Shown: positions 61,599 to 64,000 of the stretch, piece by piece | How positions within the stretch are numbered: position 1 is the first letter of the stretch | How the letters are laid out: each line of letters starts with the position of its first letter | Source of the DNA: Glaucostegus cemiculus | Lineage: Eukaryota | Direction of reading: 5' to 3' | Length of the DNA stretch: 64,000 nucleotides | Assembly: GCA_976551045.1 (NCBI GenBank) | Contig: CDPCPM010000044.1 | Coordinates: forward strand, 5,270,001 to 5,334,000 | Notes under the pieces: generated by a model | Databases searched by the model: none | Told to the model about the DNA's origin: nothing | What the model saw: only the letters and a program-made list of their open reading frames with translations | Position numbers and translations under genes: made by a program

Positions 61599-62600
61599 AG
61601 TTGAAACCCTTCACCTATCCACTTCATAGTCCATTTTTTAACCAAAACATACAACAGTGCTTCACAACCCTTACCTTCACTGCATCTGCCACCTATCTTC
61701 CCACAATATCAAAACTTGTACTTGCAGTGCCCTCATTTTCATTCTAGTTTGCTGAGCCCTTTAATTTTATTCCGTCAGAAAATATCAATCTGTCATCTTT
61801 GTGTCTGTATCTAAGGCATCCAAATTAGTGCAAAAGAACAAAGGCCTGAGCAGAAATCCCTGTGCAAATACTGCCGATCTCTCCTCTTTTACTTTCCCTG
61901 GCTATCCCACTGACTCGTTGGCTCATTTCCCTCTGATACTATGTGCCTTCAGTTTTAAAATGAATCTTGTATATGACACCAGGTATTTATAAAAGTCCTA
62001 GTATCTTGAAAAGTATTGGTCATATCATATTCCCAAGCCATGTTGTTGATTATACCCAATCAGCCCATGCCCTCCAAGTAATGACTTTAATGATCTTATG
62101 ACTGAGTGTTCTCAGAACAGAGGTGTAGTTGCCAAGTGCACCAACTGGAGCACAAGCTCCATATTTCACCCCTCAGTTGGAACAATGGGCTCCAGGTCAC
62201 CAGGAGTGCACCAAGGATTTCTCTTAACTTACAGTGCCAGACAGAGATTTGAGACATGATGTAGTACTTGACAGCTGATAAAGTGCATCTGAAAGTTATA
62301 GTCAATTTCGTGATGTAATGAGACAGGCAATTTACACAAATCAGGTGGTAAGGTACTCCCTTGTAAGCATTTTATAGGTTCACGATTGGTAACGGGCTTT
62401 TAGAACAAAGTGGCAGGTTCAAATTGCAAAATGCTTAGTTTCAGTGGGAACATTTTGTCAGCTTTCATTCAGGCCACTTTCTGAAGTGCCAAGCAGAAGC
62501 AGAAATTTCCATGACTTAAAGTTATAGCCACTTATTATAACACTGGAACATCAGTTGTGATCTCACCAACTTCCATGCTTCTTGTCCTCCTGGATAATTG

Positions 62601-64000
62601 TCAGAATCAGAATCAGTTTTATTGTCACAACCATATACATACATAGTATGTATAGGAGCGAGATACCGTCCTCCTCAGGTGCTCGTCCCATTAAATAACA
62701 AACAGCAGAGACACACAGACACACTGAACAAAAATAACATTAAAAACTACGGAAGTTTAAATTAAATTAAATACGGCAGGTTAAATTAAATACGGCAGGT
62801 AATTGAATAAATAGTTATTAAAGTGAACGAGCTGGTGGCGGGCATTTAAAGTGCTGGTGCATTCCTGTGCACCTAGCATCCCTTAGTGTTAACAAGGAAG
62901 ATGGAGGAATGAGAGAGTTTGCAGTTCTGATGGCTTGTGGAAAGAAGCTATTGCTCAGCCTGGTCATTCTCGCCCTAATACATTTGAGCCTCCTTCCAGA
63001 TGGCGAAATTGTAAAGAGATGATGGGAGGGGTGAGAAGGATCCGCCATTATATTTTTTGTCTTCCTAAAACAACGGTCCTTGTATATGTCTGCGATGGAT
63101 GGAAGAGAGACACCTATGGTCCTCTCCGCAGCCCTAATCCTCTGGAGGGACTTCTGCCCAGCAGCTGAACAGCTTCCAAACCAAACAGTGATACACTGGG
63201 TTAAGATGCTCTCAATGGTCCCTCTATAGAAAGTTTTCATAACTGAGGGATGAGAGTTCGCTTTCCTCAGTCTCCGCAAGAAGTAGAGGCGTTTCTGGGC
63301 TTTCTTCGTGAGGGCCGTAATGTTAGTGGACCAGGTCAGGTCACCGGTGATGTGCACCCCCAGGAACTTGGTGCTGCTTACTTGTTCCACAGCAGACCCG
63401 TTGATGGTCAGCGGGGCGTGCACACGGTGACCCCTCCTAAAATCCACTATCATCTCCTTAGTTTTTTCTACATTCAAGGAGAGGTTGTTGTCATTGCACC
63501 ACATAGCTAGTTGTTTCACCTCCTCTCTGTAGTCCGACTCATCGTCATCCGTGACAAGACCCACCGCTGTCGTGTCATCGGCGAATTTGACTATGCGGTT
63601 GGAGCTGGATCTGGCCTCACAGTCATGAGTCAACAAGGTGAACAGGAGCGGACTGAGCACACAACCCTGTGGGGAGCCAGTGCTTAGTGTGATGGTGCTC
63701 GAGGTGTTTTCACCAATTCTGACTGACTGCGGCCTGCAAGTGAGAAAGTCCAGTATCCAGTTGCAGAGAGGAGTGTTGATGCCCAGTGCACTCAACTTCC
63801 TGATTAGCTGTTGTGGGATGATGGTATTGAAAGCGGAGCTGAAGTCGATGAATAACAGCCTGATGTACGAATCCTTCTTTTCTAAGTGATATAGTGCAGA
63901 GTGCAGGGCAGAGGAAACTGTATCATCAGTGGACCTGTTTGCCCGCTATGCATACTGATGAGGATCCAAGGTTGGGGGGAGGATAGATCTGATGTGCTTC
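62601..64000 (-). mobile_element. Young Rex1/Babar LINE (RT domain, runs off window end)
   Basis: Open frame 63945-62818: [61 protein letters not shown]; (TTCTGA)n tail; in-frame TAG at 63946-63948; 19-bp tandem duplication 62762-62799 in 3'UTR. Confidence 0.95.

Noticed and set aside
1-64000. The many 60-170 aa ORFs as genes of a novel operon-like system
   Set aside because: Those with recognisable motifs are LINE, Penelope or Gypsy fragments, or SINE read-throughs. The rest lack domains, often use alternative starts, and fit random ORFs in intronic DNA.

Overview
This is AT-rich, CpG-depleted vertebrate genomic DNA, not prokaryotic. The repeat repertoire (CR1 LINEs with esterase ORF1, HE1-type V-SINEs, SacSINE1/DeuSINE relics, Penelope-like elements, Rex1/Babar, RTE, L2, Tx1/L1, Gypsy) points to a cartilaginous fish; this is an inference. 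The only host coding sequence I can support is one 88-nt minus-strand exon (13430-13517) encoding part of the PH domain of an ARHGAP24/FilGAP-like RhoGAP. The rest of the window appears to be two very large introns filled with nested transposon relics. Most ORFs in the supplied track are transposon fragments or spurious. Notable structure: (i) short Penelope-derived inserts with 11-18 bp target-site duplications, inverted arms and a minimal hammerhead-ribozyme-like motif at or next to their 5'/inversion breakpoint; (ii) three solo LTRs with exact TSDs, one very young and CpG-rich with an ETS-CRE motif; (iii) a twin-primed, 5'-inverted Tx1/L1 insertion; (iv) two V-SINE families with different LINE-derived tails; (v) a possible compensated frameshift in the exon; (vi) a perfect 20-bp hairpin. 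I see no evidence of a wholly new multi-gene system. Family names come from recognising motifs by eye, and boundaries without TSDs are approximate.
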